From NCBI RefSeq assembly GCF_004010195.1, contig NC_057711.1:72505175-72569174 (forward strand): a stretch of DNA of 64,000 nucleotides, given 5' to 3'. This stretch comes from Chiloscyllium plagiosum (lineage: Eukaryota). A model generated the notes under the pieces. That model saw only the letters and a list, made by a program, of their open reading frames with translations. It searched no databases and was not told the origin of the DNA. Shown one piece after another: positions 62,928-64,000 of this stretch. Each line of letters opens with the position of its first letter. Position 1 is the stretch's first letter. A program made the position numbers and the translations under genes.

Positions 62928-63729
62928 GTTGCTTTGAAACTGTCCAAGACATATGAACCTTTGCACTAGAAACTTGCTGATGAAATTCAACTGAATCTCA
63001 ATGTTAAAAATACTCAATGCACTCAGTTAATATACCCCCCTCATCAGATTGATGTTTATCATACCAGAGAGAACTAATGCTCATTCATTATCTAGAAAAT
63101 GTAGAACACATCATGTTTCATAAGTGACATTGACTGTTTAATCAGACTTTATTGGATTCCTTAAATCCTCATTGTCTGCTACACTCAGAAATCTCAAAAT
63201 ACCAGATATCAAAGACTTTTTACCAATTCAAAAGGGACATGTGGGTAGAGATAGGCATAACAACAAATTTTAACTATGTTACCTGGCAATAGACCTTCAA
63301 TTTAATAACAATGCATTTGGTTATTGAACTACATATGCCATTAATTGTGATAGGAACACAAATGATTTTTAATATATAAATATTTGAAAATATTTGAAAA
63401 AAATGCCTTGACTTTGGCTATAGCAAGCAAGATTTTGTTGAAAGTCTGTTAGCAATGTAACCAATTATGCCTTATGCAATATGCATTATTCTTTTAAAGC
63501 AGTATACTTTTATAAAGATGTAACAGTATAGAAAATCACACTAAAATACAGATGAGATGTTAGAGATATCTACATAAAAATGTGTCAATTTGTGTAACTT
63601 GTACACTGGCAAGGTCTTTGACTATATTGCCAAACAATACATTCAGGCTCCAAATAGTGTAAAAGATATAGAGGACCTAAAATTCTAAAAATGCATTCAG
63701 AAGAACTTTTTGTTCTTCTTCATTTGTTA

Positions 63730-64000
63730 CCATAAGACCATAAGACATAGGAGCAGAAATTAGGCCATTCAACCCATCGAATCTGCTCCACCGTTCAATC
63801 AAGGCTGATAAGTTTCTCTCCTGCTTTTTCCCCATAATTCTTGATCCCTTTGATACTCAGGAACCTATCTATCTCAGTCTTAGATATACTCAATGACCCG
63901 GCCCCCACAGCCTTCTGTGGCAGTGAATTCCATAGATTCACCACTCTCTGGCTGAAGAAGTTCCTTCTTATCTATGTTCTAAAAGGTCTTCCCTTTACTC
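63730..64000 (-). mobile_element. CR1 3' end running off the window
   Basis: ccataagaccataagacataggagcagaaattaggcc tail; gaattccatagattcaccactctctggctgaagaag. Confidence 0.85.

Overview
Repeat-dense eukaryotic DNA, almost certainly from a cartilaginous fish (shark-type HE1 SINEs, HER1/CR1 LINEs and Penelope-like elements; a carpet or bamboo shark is my inference from repeat content only). I found no recognisable host protein-coding gene; nearly every ORF in the track is a transposon fragment or spurious. The window holds many CR1/HER1 LINE fragments, a second LINE family with a partner SINE, an RTE fragment, six HE1 SINEs, two solo LTRs with TSDs, and several decayed PIF/Harbinger transposons (HARBI1-type DDE transposase plus Myb/SANT partner ORF). 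It also holds about ten Penelope-like (PLE) insertions. The most notable signal is that the PLE pseudo-LTR carries a minimal hammerhead-ribozyme motif (CUGAnGA-A-stem II-GAAAC-GUC), present about 14 times, with insertion breakpoints clustering at its 5' edge. One PLE insertion has captured about 141 bp that matches sequence 1.2 kb upstream. A roughly 7 kb Harbinger fossil can be re-joined across nested insertions. Two assembly gaps are present. Repeat boundaries are read by eye and approximate unless a TSD is quoted.
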